This document shows, one piece after another, positions 40,262-54,385 of a DNA stretch of 64,000 bases. Position 1 is the first letter of the stretch; each line of letters starts with the position of its first letter. Origin of the DNA: Chrysomallon squamiferum (lineage: Eukaryota > Animalia > Mollusca); contig CM022670.1 of NCBI GenBank assembly GCA_012295275.1, positions 26,660,001 to 26,724,000 on the forward strand, given 5' to 3'. Below the pieces are notes generated by a model. It did not search any database and was not told the DNA's origin. It saw nothing but the letters and a program-made list of their open reading frames with translations. The position numbers and the translations under genes were made by a program.

Positions 40262-42960
40262 ATTATTATTTCTTAAGGAAAGTACATTATTAATGTGTTT
40301 TTCTTATAATAACAATAGTATTTCTGATTTAGAAATTTAATCTCCAGTCTCAGAATTAGAATGAATATGAAGTCATATTTAATTCATACTAAGAGATACT
40401 GATTTGGTATTGGTCTCAGATTACAGTTCAGATCTTGAATGTACTGGTAGACTGAGTCTCAGACCCTGCAGTCATATACTGGAAAGGTATTTCAGTCAGT
40501 GGGTCATGTTCTGTACATAGATATGAATATGACATGAGACGCATCTGTTATGTAAAAAAACAAAAAAAAAACAATATACATATGTTATAGATCCAAGTCA
40601 TAGAAATACATTTACCTACATTTACAGTGAATAGTTTATACTCAGAGAAAGAAAAAAGAAACATAATAAATTTAAAAAGAAGGAACTGTAGAGGAATGTC
40701 TTGAAATGGACTGTTAACTGAATTGGCAGTCAACCAAGGATATAAATTTTTTGTTACTTCAGAATTGTTTGTCTTAGGCTCCCAGACAAGCTTGTATTAG
40801 TGAAAATTTATTTACTGTAATAGAGTTCTAATCTTCCATTTTTAATTTTTTATTATTATTATTATTATTATTTTTTTTTTTAATTTGGTTAATTTCATTG
40901 TTAAAACTGATTAACTGTTGAGTATTTTTTTTAGAATCCTTTAAAAAGAAAATAACAGTTATAAGGAAATAGTATTAAAAATTGTTTCAGCTGATCGTTA
41001 CAGTTTTGTTATCACTTTATTATATATTCTGATAATGATGTTAAAACTGTCTTTCATTTTCCAACTTTTATTATCAGTGGAATTCATCTCACTGAACTCA
41101 TTTCCAATGCCAGTCACTAACACAGTGACAGATGTTCAGCCTATTGTTACAGTAGAAGAAGCATTTAAACATGCAGTTGGCAACATTTCAGAATTATATA
41201 CAACAGCACTATTATATCAAATATAATATATTGTCTTCATATATAATATGCATCATCATTATTCTCAACTTAAAACAGATGATTTTTGCAGACTAAGTTA
41301 GTAATACCTAAAATAAAGAGCTCTACCAAAGGAAAACATGAAATAATGATTTGCTGTGATGAATAGTTGTATTTTTATCTTTCACTGTTAATTCTGAGGA
41401 GGATCTTACATTTTTTAAATTATAAATATGAAATTTATATTGTCAATGATGTATATACACTATCAAATGTAATTCAGAAAATGGAATCCTTGAAAATAGG
41501 TCTGGATGAAATTAAATGCATTTTAATCTGAAATCCTGAAAAATGTTATGTAAATGAAATTACTGATTTATTACTTTTACAGAACAGCAGAATATTTTCC
41601 AGTGTCAATAATAATAATAATAATAATTAGGGTAGTTTAAAAGGTAAAAAAGGCCCCATCATAAATTACTTCTATGAATATGTGCACTATATTTTTATGG
41701 TTCAACCATTTTCTGGCTCTTGCAGTAATAAATGGAATGCAGATGTGTATGTGTGTGTCATATATTCTAGAATGAGTTTATGTACTCTGTGCTTCAAGTC
41801 TGTACTCAGCTTCAAACTGAGGTATCACAAACATTTGCTTTAAGTAATGCTTCCAACAGAACTCCAAATGGCCTCATGGTTTCGTACTGGATTGCCCCAA
41901 ACTGATTGACTCCATTGTGGCATGAGCCCAGAGTTAACAAGTGCATTTTTTATAGTTATGGTAATGACTCCACATATCAGTACAGAACTAATTCAACATT
42001 TGCAAGAATTTTTTACCATTACTTCTCACTAGCTACATTATCTAGTGTGCTGTTTTTTTAAATTAAATAATTTTTGTGGAAAACACAGGGCCTAATATGA
42101 AAGTTGTTCATTAAGTGTACATTTTAATAGCTGTTAATAAGATACCAAGTTTAAATAACCCCAGACATTCACTAAGATCGAGTAACTCCAAGAGTGGAGA
42201 TCAAACTGCTGGATCACATACCTAGATTAATAAATACTTTTTAGGCCAGTTCAGTTCATTTTTTATTTATTTATATATTTATTTATTTTTATTTATTCAT
42301 TCATTTATTCAGTAATTTTCTTTATATCAACTTAAACTGAATAAATATGATGAATCTTTGCTTTGGCTATTTTCAGTTTAAAATGATATGTCCATATTAA
42401 ACCACCTCACAGTTTTAATAAGGATTTTTTTTTTTTTTTTTTTTTTTTCCAAATTATGAATGGCAATTTTTATTAAAATATAGTATATTATTTTATATTT
42501 CAACATATTATTCTTATTTAGTTTTTAAGGTTTTTATTGTTTAATTAATACAGATTTTAATATTCAAATATTCTTAACCATTTCATTCAGTCTTGTGCAG
42601 TTAGAAAGAAAATAAATAAAAGTGCAAGGACTAAGGTGTATGCATGTGCTTATGTTAGTTTTCAAATTTATTATCTTTTTCATTATTTGTTAATTACATT
42701 TTTATTGACATTAAGATGATTGATTAGAAATGAAGAAAAGTATGAAAAATGCTTTAATTTGTCTGGCTGATCATTAACTAATTGAGATTGTCTGCTCATT
42801 GCGTTAGTTGTAGACTTATTTCTGACGTTCACACTTGACTTTAACTTACAGGATGTAAGCACTCAGCTATATTAAGTGCTCAGCTTAAATGACTGGTAGC
42901 AAATGTGAATGATTCTTAGAATTTATCTTTTGATCATGTGACTAAATCATGATACATATT

Positions 42961-42965
<5 letters not shown>

Positions 42966-43026
<61 letters not shown>
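42966..43026. repeat. (AC)n microsatellite
   Basis: About 30 perfect AC units. Confidence 0.97.
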
Positions 43027-43027
<1 letters not shown>

Positions 43028-46000
43028 CCGCACACACACACATACAGAAACAAAACATTTCATATCTAAAATCTTTCTTTTTTCTTTTTTTCTTTTTTTT
43101 AATTTACAAGAGACTGGTATATTTGAAATAATGATACAGCAGTCATCCAAGTTAAAACATTATAAGAAACACCTGTTAAACCTTGATTAAATAGGTGATT
43201 TTTTTAACTATATATATAAATTGATGCTGTAGCATAAAAGTGTGCCTGTTTCATTTCTACCATTTCATTTTTTTTCCTACCTTGATGCAGCTGGTTTTTG
43301 GCCGTTAACTGATTTCATTTTGCAACAAAGAGCATATTATGCAAATATATAGTTTGTTTTAGAATTTTTTGTATTATATTAGGTATCTTCAAAAATTTGT
43401 CATTACATAAATCAATTCTCACTTTGTTCCCTTTATCTTATTTTATTATTATCTCTTTAAAAAAGCTTAACAACACTGAACAATCATTGTCTCTATAATG
43501 AAATAATTTACAAAATGTTTTTATTTTTCAAAATTATCATTTTTGTATATAATTTACATTTTTCATTTTGTAATAATTTATTTTCATCAAAATTATCATT
43601 TTTGTAATAATTTATTTTTGGTAAATAAAAAAAAATAACGTTAAGAACATTTTAATTAGTTTTGTTACAGGTATATTTATGCACTTTACAACAGAATATA
43701 TCTAATATGCAATTATTGAATTCTTATTGTCTTGATAACCATACACTAACAAACAAAAATGTTTAAATTTTGGCATTGCCCCAGCCCTTACATAACAGCA
43801 GTGTGACTAAATTTATCATGTTTGTCTGTTGGAAACTGCAGTATATCCAACAATGTAGTCATGCTTGATGTAATATCCAAACTAAACCACAACTTCTGGT
43901 TTGGTATTATTATCATCTACGTGGGATTGTCAGTATCACTTATTTCAGATATAGTTATGTGGTGTGGTGGGTAACCACCAAATGTGGTTATCTGAAAATA
44001 ATAAACATTTGTTTTTTGTGGGGGGTTTTCTGCAAGAAAGTTGATATAAGGTAAATTTGAATTCAGTATTTTGAAAAATAACAAAATAAAATTCATTAAC
44101 AAATATGGCAATAGTTATGACATAAATAATGAATTCTTGATGACTCTTGATATAATAAATTGTTGGATGTCTCTTTTGTGTTATTGTTAACATGCATCAG
44201 ATTTCATGAAATAGATATACCTTGATTGTGCATGCACAGTCACAAAATAAGAACTCTTTAAGTAAATAGAGGTTGCTTATTAATGACACCAGGTCATTGA
44301 CACAAAGAAACTTAAACAGATTTAAAAGTACAAAAATGAGATGGGTAAGTGTTTACACAATACCTTAGCTCAGCTAGCTAAGATATTAACTTCCAAGTTT
44401 ATAACTGTATATATTACTTTCTATACTGGACCTACTTAAATGTACAAATATATAAGAAGAAAATATAAAATAAGAAAATCATTTAAAAATTAATATTGAA
44501 ATAATCTAAAACCTGAAATCATTGTTTTAAATTTTATAATTTTGTAAATATTTTCAGTGGATATTATTATTGTGTTTTTTTTTTGTTTTTTTTTTTCTTA
44601 TTCAGAAATTAGAAATAAAAATGAAAAAAAAAAACTAAGGATTTAATTTCTGTTATAGTAATTGTTAATTTCAACATTTTCACTTGTTAAAAATGTTAAA
44701 ATTTTAAAAATAAAATAAATTTTATATATATATAAGAAATATCTCTTAATAATATTTTAGTTATTTACACCAATACAATTGATTTTTCTCCATGTCCTTT
44801 TTTGTTTCTAATAGTGTATTGGAAAGAAGCGTTAGATAGAATCAGTTTGCTTATTGTTACATCTCCATCAACCAAAAGGTGTTTTGAATAAAAGACAAAA
44901 TTTGTGATTAGAAAAATAATATTTGCTTGAAGCTGTAATGAATATTTGAACTTTGACTGGTGTGAAAAGCTTTTCTGCATAGTCAGCTAGCCAGAAGTGA
45001 TAATTTTATTCATAGATGGACATCATGGCTTCTTTCTTGAAAATGTATTCTGAAGATTCAGATTTCTTTTTCATAAGTATCTTCAGACATCAGTAAACAG
45101 TTATCTCTAAGATTAGTATAAAATAACATGCAGATATCTATGTCAAAAGATTGTCTAGTTTACTGCAGTAGGAGTGTTATGTTTTATCATGAATTTAGAG
45201 AATTTTTTATTTTTCAACATAATCCATAAAGTTCACTATGAATTGTTTCTCTATATTCATGAATACACATTTATATATACTTGTATATCTCTAAGTATAT
45301 TCTTGTTTCTGTTTTCTGTTTATGTATAAGATACCTAATTATTGTTGGGAGTTTTTATGGCTATTTGCAGGATGCTTTTTGTTCAGGAAATTATTATTAT
45401 TATTATTATTATTACTATTTTTATTATTAATATTTATAATAGATTAATATATAGATTATAGGAATATAAAATAAAAATGTATTTTATGCAGTAATGTTCA
45501 TTTTACATAGCCATTTGTGCTTTCATATTAATATTATTGATATAACAGCAGATCAAAATCATGTATATTAATATTCTATATTTTAACAGCACTTCTGGTT
45601 TTATTGTACTTGCTGTTACTAAAACATTGACCTGTATCATTGAAATAAATTATGAAAAATAATGACGTCATCATAATGTTAAGTGGTTTTATCGATCTAT
45701 TGATTGTACTTATTTTGGCCTGCCAGATGGTTAAAACAAATATTTTCCCACCCTTTCTTCCTGGTGGTTTAAATATTCTCTCCTCTGGCAGTCATTGAAC
45801 TCACGTTAACATTAGATTCTGCTTGTTATGTGGGACAAATTTTCATGAAATAGTTTTTTTAAAACATTCTATTAAAAATAATTGTCATAACAAGAAGTAT
45901 TTTAAATAAAAGTGCTACAGAAAAGGTTATTGTTGAAAATACTTCAGTTTAAAATTATTTGTGAATGTAGTGGTTATTGGCATTCACGTGAAGCAAGCAT

Positions 46001-46142
46001 GATATTTTAATAAAGCAATGAACCTGTATTCTGAAGGTTGATATGCAAAAAACATTTCAGGTACTTTTTAAAATATTTTGTACTGTTGATTATAAGCTCT
46101 TTGTTCTTACTGACTCTCTGAGAGAGAGACACACACCCACAC

Positions 46143-46212
46143 ACACATGTACATAACCACTCACTCACTCACACATGTACATAACCACTCACTCACTCAC
46201 TCATTCACTCAC
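46143..46212. repeat. 28-bp tandem duplication plus (ACTC)n
   Basis: ACACATGTACATAACCACTCACTCACTC at 46143-46170 and 46171-46198, running into ACTC repeats. Confidence 0.9.
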
Positions 46213-46464
46213 TTGCATATATACATAACCTTCACAATTTCCTTTTAATTTAAAATTTAAAAAAACACCAAAAAGTATAACAAAAAAACATACAATAATA
46301 TTAAAATTAGCTATGATAATGCTTTTTAGAATACATAAAAATATTTTTTCTTTTTTTTTTCTTTTTTTTTCTTTTTTCTCATTTCACTTATTACTTCATT
46401 GTTTATTTCTGTCAGTCATTTTCCTGTAAACTAAAATATCTTTTATTCTTTTTTTATTTTTCAG

Positions 46465-46533
46465 TTGTTCCTCCAAAGCTTCCTCACAGATTGGTCGACA
46501 CCTATTTTGTGAAACCAGTTTTCTGTGTCCACT
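46465..46533 (+). CDS. PIK3R1-like: Coding exon 3: first part of the C1 domain
   Basis: Long T tract then tcAG (46463-46464). Donor ACT|GTAAGT. 69 nt, phase 1-1. Reads VVPPKLPHRLVDTYFVKPVFCVH(C), which is H-x12-C-x2-C. Confidence 0.9.
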
Positions 46534-48388
46534 GTAAGTATGAATCTAAATGTCTTTATCTGTGTATGTTACATTTTATCTGCATGTCGTTTGCCTTAAG
46601 TTTTTATACATTATATTTAAAGTACACACAGTTAGGAACAACAATAATGTACTTTTACAAATGCAGTGTATTGTCTGAGCTCAACACAATTGTTATTTCA
46701 CATTTAGTCAAGTGAGTGAACAGCTTTGTTTTGATTTAAATCCTACTTATTGACATGTTGTCCATGAATATAAGTTCATCCTGATTTATAAACACTCTCC
46801 AGTCAGAGGAATTCATATGTGCATATTAATTTAATTATGAATTTTACATTTTTCTACACTGTTTTTGGTGGGGGTTTTTGTGACAGTTTTTGTTGTTGTT
46901 GTTCTCTCTTTTTTAATCATTGATTGTGGGACATATGTTATTTAATATATTATTGAATACAGATACAAAATAGATATAAAATGAATTTTATGAATTATGA
47001 AAAGATAGTTGAACAAAATAAATATTATTTATTGGGTAAGAAATATATTTTTGCATAATGATTACATAAGTTAAAATATCTTCAACTGCCATTCAGTTAA
47101 TTGTAGGAGGTTTGTTAGAAATACCTCCATATACATAAGCATTTGTTTCAGTTAACAGTGTAAAAGAAAATGAAACAGTAAGTCACTAATTATTTATTTT
47201 TGGGGGGGCTTTTTTGCTTGATTTATTGTTATTGTTGTTATGTTATTTTTGTGGGGGTGAAAAACTTTTCTATAAACAAGATGGTACATACCAGAACCTT
47301 TGTAAAATGAACATTTCCTTAGTGGAAATATTCAAAATACTCTAGGGATTAGGGATAATGTGCTCCATAAAAATCTGCCTTGATTTAATTAACGAGGTAT
47401 TCACATGAAATATTACATGTTTACCTTCTATCAAAAAGATCAGGCCAGCCTAAGGTCAGCTGTAAATAGGGAGGAGAAGAAAATTAAATCAGTGTGTGTC
47501 ATTTGACACTTAGTAATTGTGCTAAATTTGGAACACAATAGAGGGAAAAGTTAGTTATCGTATTTTCTGGTCATCAGTTTACAAAATCATTAATGATAAG
47601 AATTTCAGGTGTTATCTCACCACACTGAATGTTTAATTCTCAGCTGCATGTCATATTAGCTTTTCTCGTTAAGACACAAACATACTGGTCTGGTTTGTCC
47701 AGACGTACAGATAAGATACGACTGTCTTGTCAATAGATAACTGATATTCTTATATATATAGTAAATTTTAGTCTTGATAACACATTGACTGACAAACACA
47801 ACCTGTTGTCTCTATTTTTTTTTAAATATTTTACACAGTCATGCCATTTTTTTTTATGCAACATGAATGATAATTTAGTTTCCTTATATTTATTTTATAA
47901 GATATTTGGAATCTTTATTTATCTCTTCAGCAGCAAATTCATTCCAAAATGAGTTCAGTGACATTAAATGAATAAAAATTCTCTTATATTCAGTGTGTGT
48001 GGGGGAGATTTTTTTAAATTATAATTCAGGCCAATTTGTTTTAAAAAACAGAAAATTGGAAGTGGTTAAGAGAGCAACATCAATACAGAAAATGTTTTAT
48101 CCCAGTTCACTAGTTGTTGTTTAATAAAATGTATGAGCAAGTTGGCTTATGCAATTGCTTCATAAATCAAAGTAAATAAGTTAGTTTCTTGGTTTATTTT
48201 TTTAAGATCCAATTTTTATTTATTTTTTGACAATTAACCATATATTAAAGGATGAAACTTTTTATAAAAGTAGTCATCACTGATAAATTTTTCCAACAGA
48301 TTTAGTTCTTTTTTTTTTTAATTTGTCACCTTACCCTCTACTTTTTTTGTTTTCTTTTCACAATTTTTTTTATTTTTAATTCTTCTTT

Positions 48389-48423
<35 letters not shown>

Positions 48424-51400
48424 TAATTATTATTAAGAAAAAGAAAAAAAAAAGATATTACTTAACCTGTCACATATAGATTTTCAAGTATCTAATAAAA
48501 ATTGCTTAGTCAGGTAGTAATAAGTACTTTGACTTTACTGGGTTCAAAAATTGCATTGGTAGTGTTCACTCAGCCATGCCAAGATTTCATATATATTTCA
48601 TTAACTGAAACTTAAAGATTCTCAAAATATTTTTCAAAAGCATTTCAGATGTGTATGTCACTAAAAGAATTTAAATGTTAAACCACAAAATAAACACAGT
48701 TCAAAAAAAAAAATAATAATAATTAGTCTGTAGAAATATTTAATTATTTTATTATTCCTTAACAGTTGTTTTATATTTGAAACTAATCATATTTCTATTT
48801 TTATTTCTTTCTCTTTTTTAAATTTTAATTTCATTACTTTCTTTTTTTTCTTTTAATTTTAATTTTTTTTTTGCTGATCTTCATAGCTGGCAAAGCTACA
48901 CAACTCTAAATCATTAAAATATATCTATGACATTTTGTACCATGGTTTAATACAATATTTCTTTTCTTTTTATTTTTTTTCCTTATTATTCCTTAATTTA
49001 TTAATGTAATTTCAGATTTGGTTATTAATATGTGTTAACATCTGAAAGCCATGAAATAATTATTTTATTTTATTTTATTTTATACTTTAATTTAAAATGG
49101 TTGTTGTTGTTTTTCTTTTAAGTATAAAAGACTTTCATATAAAAAAAAAAAAAAAAAAAGTAATTAATTATTAATAATAATAACATAACAATTTTGAAAA
49201 CTAAAATGATTTTTTTTACTAAATGTAAGTCAGTAGAAACTGCCATATGAATATAAATCAATGCCCAAACTTGTAAGGCTGCCTTTTGAGGACTGTACAA
49301 AATTTTAATTAATTATTGATCACAATAATTAAGGTCTGAGAAAATACTGTGCCCATTACTTTAAACAAGGAAATGATATTGCCAAGTTGAAAATTGTACT
49401 TGACCTATAGCTGAACTTCTGTGTTTGCTATAGTCAATTTTTGTGTAAAGTAACTTGTGTTCATGTCCAGATGTTCAAGTTTTATAAGGGTACTCACATT
49501 TCTTTTAGGGTTATACAAATATTTCAATTTATAAATCTTCTTTTTTATTATTTTATGTTTTGTTTTTTTTATTATTATTTTCTTCTTTTTAAAAAATAAA
49601 ATAAAATATTTTATCAAGTAAAAATACATGACAGTCAAAATCAGTTTCTGAAAAAAATAAAATCATATTTAATGTTTCTGATGCTGAAATCATGGATTCA
49701 GATTTTGTTTTTTGGAGTTCCTTTTCCCTTCATTTTCTGATGAAATACAGTAATAATAATGTTATTGTTCTTGTTTCATTTTGGGGGTTTGGATTATTTG
49801 TGTTGCTGTTGTTTTTAATTAAAGATGTGTTTGTGATAGGCTGATACTGAAACATTATTTTTAATGAACAGTTACATTTATTTTTGGTTATTTCAAAATT
49901 AATTTTAAAATGTTTTTCTTACAATTTATTTCATTCATGTTCATTATGTTTAGGGAGGTGAAGGGGAGGAATTTTTATTTTTTTTATTTCATCATATTTT
50001 GTAAAAAGTTAGTATAAATATTTATTAAACTAAATAATTTTAAAAACATTTTTTATGCTGTCAGACTGTTGCAGTATATATAAATACATAATGATAGTAC
50101 TCTAGACTATTTTCTAATAATTCTCATAATGGTACCTTAATATATTTCCTTACATTATTTCTTCAAAGTGAGGTATATTCTATTTTGTTAATAATCAGTA
50201 TCAAATTAGGTGAAAAAGAAAATGATTAAATTTGATTGCCATCTAAAACCAGGAATATTAACATTCATGTAAAAACTTGTTTGGTGTACAGAGAAATATT
50301 TGTTTGCATTGATTTAAAATTCCCTGTACTGCCATATTTCTTCTTGTTATAGATCTCTATTACAATCTGTTGTCAGCTATATTTATAGTTTTTGAAATAC
50401 CATTTCTGTGGAAAATTCCAATAACGGATACAAGGCAAATGCAAAATAAATATTCTTTAAGACATATTTATAGATTTTAAAAAAAAAAAAGTTTTCTATA
50501 AATGAAGAAAAAATATGAAATATTTTCAGTAAAAAGCTAATTTATAATAATTGAAGTTCATGATTGTGACATTTTATTAAAATAATTTTACTAACATTAA
50601 AATACGACATTTTTACTGTTTATTATATGAGTATTTTTTTTATCAGTTAATAAAAAATTTAAATTGGCATAGAACAGCATATTTTCATATGATACATAAA
50701 TGCACATTAAACATTTTCAACAAATGATAATAAAAAATAAAATTATTCACTTTTTAATATTCAGTCAAATGTCAAATCGGTAATTTAAATGAAGAACATA
50801 CCTTTTCCCATGATGTTATTATTATTTTCCAGCCATTAATACCTTGTCATCATCATGCAAAACATGCTACTAAGAAATAAAGTAGTTCTATTATTCTTTA
50901 AATGTTTTTGGAGTGATTGTGGAATTAAAATGTTATGAAAATCATATTTGATTTTTCATGTACAGAAATTCTGCAAATTCCATTTAATTTTTTTTTAATA
51001 GTTATTTGATATTTAAAAAATATTTTTTTTAATAGTTAATTGATATTTTAGGAATCTGAATAAAATAGTTTAATTTCCATATCATCTCTGAAGCACAAAA
51101 TGCAGTCATTTAACATATAGCAAGTTATATGATTGATATTTATCACATTATTTGTTAACATTTTTATAACATACACAATTTTAGACAGTTCAAAGTATCA
51201 GTTGTTGTAGTATTTACAAAATATAATGATAGTTTTCATTGTTCAGTATAAACTTAATGGTTCATTTGTTGCAAACTTGCTATGATTTTCTAATGATAAA
51301 TCATTACTAATTGTGATGATCTTTCTCAGAGTTGTATTAGTAAGGTAGAAGCAACCTTAAAGAAAGGTGACTCCAATATAGGGCATCCAATACTGGCATT

Positions 51401-52899
51401 TGTCCTAGTAAATGTTCACCTTCGTTGCTCCACAGTGGGATAATGCTAGTGTCTGTACTACCAGAGTGAATGATCTTCCAGAGGAATGTTCCTTTTTGGT
51501 AAGCTTCAGTCTGTGGTTTATGTTAAACCTGTTCAGTGGTATTTGGTACTGTGCCCTCTTTGTTTATAGATTTTATTTGTTTATCAAAAGGCAGTAAAGT
51601 ACATCCAGCAGATAAAAAACATAAAGCTTCTTAATGTTCTTTTATAAAAGATATTTTTATAATTAATTCATGTTTGTAAATACATAATGCATATGTGTGT
51701 TTTTGTATGTGCATTTAAGATTTTATACTATTTTGAGAAAATTAAATTTTACTAACAGACTTTATTATTACAGTAGCTTTTAAAGCCAAAAATTACAGTG
51801 TTGTATTTATTTGGAGATTTATTTCTATCTATTAGCAGTCATTAGAACCACAAATTAGAATTATAAATTGAAAAATACATAATTTAGTCTTAGGCTTTTT
51901 CATTGTAAGTATGACCTTGATAATTATTGTCATTGCTCGAAGACAACCTCAGTGTAAGATACAACTTTATTCTAGTTAATAAGCATCACAATAATTTGTT
52001 GTCAGGAACAAAAATCCATATACTTTACTAATAAACTGTAATCGATATTTTGTTTTCTATTAATATTTTTCTCTGTGTGTGTGTGTAAAATTCTTCATTC
52101 GTTTTCTTTCTTCATAAAAGCTTCAAGAGTATAAAAGTTATCTTACTGAGAGAGTTTTTTTCTAATCAAAAGATGCAAAGCAAGGTGTGTGATTTTTTTT
52201 GATTTTTACTTTTATTTTTATGTTATTTTTTATTTATTTATTTAGTTTTGTTAGTGTATTTTTTTTTAATATTTATCAAATAATCTGTTTTATTTTGCAT
52301 ACCACATGTATATGGATGTTGCATTTCCCAGTGTGACTGCATGTCTTAAATGACATGTACTTTTATTTATATATGCATTATAAAGCAAAGATCAATAATT
52401 CACTGTAAAAAGAGAATGATTATATTATGGGGATTTTTTTGTTTGTTTTTTCATATATTAAAAAATAAAATAAAAATTCAATAATTCAAAAATTCGTAAA
52501 ATATATATTTAAATCTTTGTTTTATTAAACAAGGAAAATAAAATAATAAAATTCTCCTATCAGATTAGTATGCAATTAAACATTTTATACTTTTCCAAAA
52601 ATATGGTAATTGAAAATGTTTTACTGATGGGAATAAATAGGCCAAAGTAAATGTTAGTTCATTTCTTTTTAAGAATACTTGCACCTAATGCAGTTGACCA
52701 AAATGGCAACATTGTTTAAACTAGTGAAATTCCATCTTCCTTTCTATTTTTTTTTTTTTTTTTTTTTATCTGTATGAAAAAACAATGAATTCAGTAAAAA
52801 TGTCCATATATCTAATAATATTTTTATTCTTTCTTTGCAAATATAAATGAATCTATTTCTTTAACAACACAACTTTAACATTAACTGTTATGTTATAGA

Positions 52900-53141
52900 A
52901 AAGAAAACCTGCTATTGCAATTCCATGGGCTATTTTTATTAGTTAGTAAAATACAGTAATAAAAATAATAATAATTTTCAAATGATAAAAAAACATGTAC
53001 CATTACCTTAATAAAATTGACACAGGCTGAAACAAATATATACTCAATGCAACATTAAGGATTAATCTTGTGACCCATCACAACACAGATATACACCATA
53101 ATACTGAACCTAAGCCTGCACCTTGAAATCAGAACCTAAGT
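52900..53141 (-). mobile_element. Highly decayed SINE (core plus possible tRNA-derived head)
   Basis: AAGAAAACCTGCTATTGCAATTCCATGGGCTATTTT matches the same core end as 26445. Distal GATTAATCTTGTGACCCATCACAAC...ACTGAACCTA resembles a reversed tRNA-like head. Confidence 0.4.
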
Positions 53142-53359
53142 ACCTTTATTGTTCATTGAAATGACCTAGTAGACAAATCACAATTAAGAAAGATGCCTTA
53201 AAGAAAGATTCAATAAAATAATTGTATTTTCTTGCTTCTAAATGATTATGACCAAAAAAGAATTGCAGAGAAAGAAAGGGTTAGTGAACTGCATCTTCCA
53301 CAGCATAAATTAAGTCATTATAGAAGCTTGTTTCACTGAATATTAATTAGGGAAAAATT

Positions 53360-53830
53360 CCCATTCAGTATGAATATTATGACCCACTTTGGTTTGACAG
53401 CCATCAAGTGCTGACCATAGTGACCGATTGAGTGGGCCACAATGACCAGTGGACATGAGCATGTTACTAGTCACCTTTAAGTGCTGGCGCTTATCCAAGG
53501 TATGTAGTGTACCATTGTGTGACATGTGTATGTGTGGCTGTTTCACCAACCTATTATAATTAAATTCACTCACAAGGTTGGTAATCTGGTCCTGTTTCAA
53601 CAAACTAAAATCAATGTTTGGACTTGCTCGTGCCCACCGGTGAAGAGTTCAAGCTGGACATGTAGGCACATAGGTGCTGTAGCTTGCCCAACAAAAGATT
53701 GCCAGGACTATTGATCAGCCTGCTGATTGACAGCTCGTTTGTCAGCTGTGCCAGGTTGGCTGGGAACTGACCCGGTTTCTAGACCCATTGACCGCTGCAT
53801 GAACTGGGCACCATGTGTCCTTCCCTTCAA
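53360..53830. promoter_or_regulatory. GC-raised non-coding island, candidate enhancer
   Basis: Complex sequence with retained CpGs and no credible ORF. Perfect Pbx-Meis/Prep decamer TGATTGACAG at 53724-53733 and a p53-family half site GGACTTGCTC at ~53619-53628. Confidence 0.35.
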
Positions 53831-54322
53831 TAGAATGAGCATGCATGCATGAAACATTTCCAATAGCCATTTACTGGATTATTTTCTCATCATTGACAAG
53901 ATGCCTGTTGAGAGGATAAATATAGACTTTTCTTTTTTGTTGTGATGGAAGAATTTCAATTAACTATGAATGATATTAATTTGTCTTATTCAGAGTTAAA
54001 AATGTTTATTAATAAGGATAATGTTGAATGAATAGTTGTAAAAAGTATTTAAAATAACTATAAAGTATATAAAGATAGAATCAGCAGTATGAATATGAAT
54101 AAAATTTGAAAGCTTATTTGAGACTTGTTTTAACATTACATTATAATTGTTTATTTTGAAACCTTCCCAATAAGAAAAAATATATATATATTAAAAAAAA
54201 ACTCCTGTTTTAATAACATGGATATGAAGACAATAGAACTCAAAAGGAAGGAAGAAATGTTTTATTTTGCAACATATCTGTGATTTTTATCAAATTATAG
54301 ATATGACCTTGCCATACATAAA

Positions 54323-54385
54323 GTGAGATAGGAAACTGCCACTCTTCTGATTAGCAGCAAAGTATCTACTATGTATTTTCCATAC
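54323..54385 (-). mobile_element. Decayed SINE core fragment (MetaSINE-like)
   Basis: GTGAGATAGGAAACTGCCACTCTTCTGATTAGCAGCAAAGTATCTACTATGTATTTTCCATAC belongs to the same family as 26445-26575. Confidence 0.5.

Noticed and set aside
41035-41226. 63-aa ORF with a signal-peptide-like hydrophobic start
   Set aside because: Hydrophobicity is expected from T-rich DNA. No splice, promoter or family support.
42852-42854. Possible 3-nt microexon (ttacAG|GAT|GTAAGC)
   Set aside because: Frame-preserving but with a weak pyrimidine tract. Cannot be distinguished from chance without RNA-seq.
43528-43618. Short degenerate direct repeats as a CRISPR-like array
   Set aside because: AT-rich slippage duplication without unique spacers, in a eukaryotic intron.
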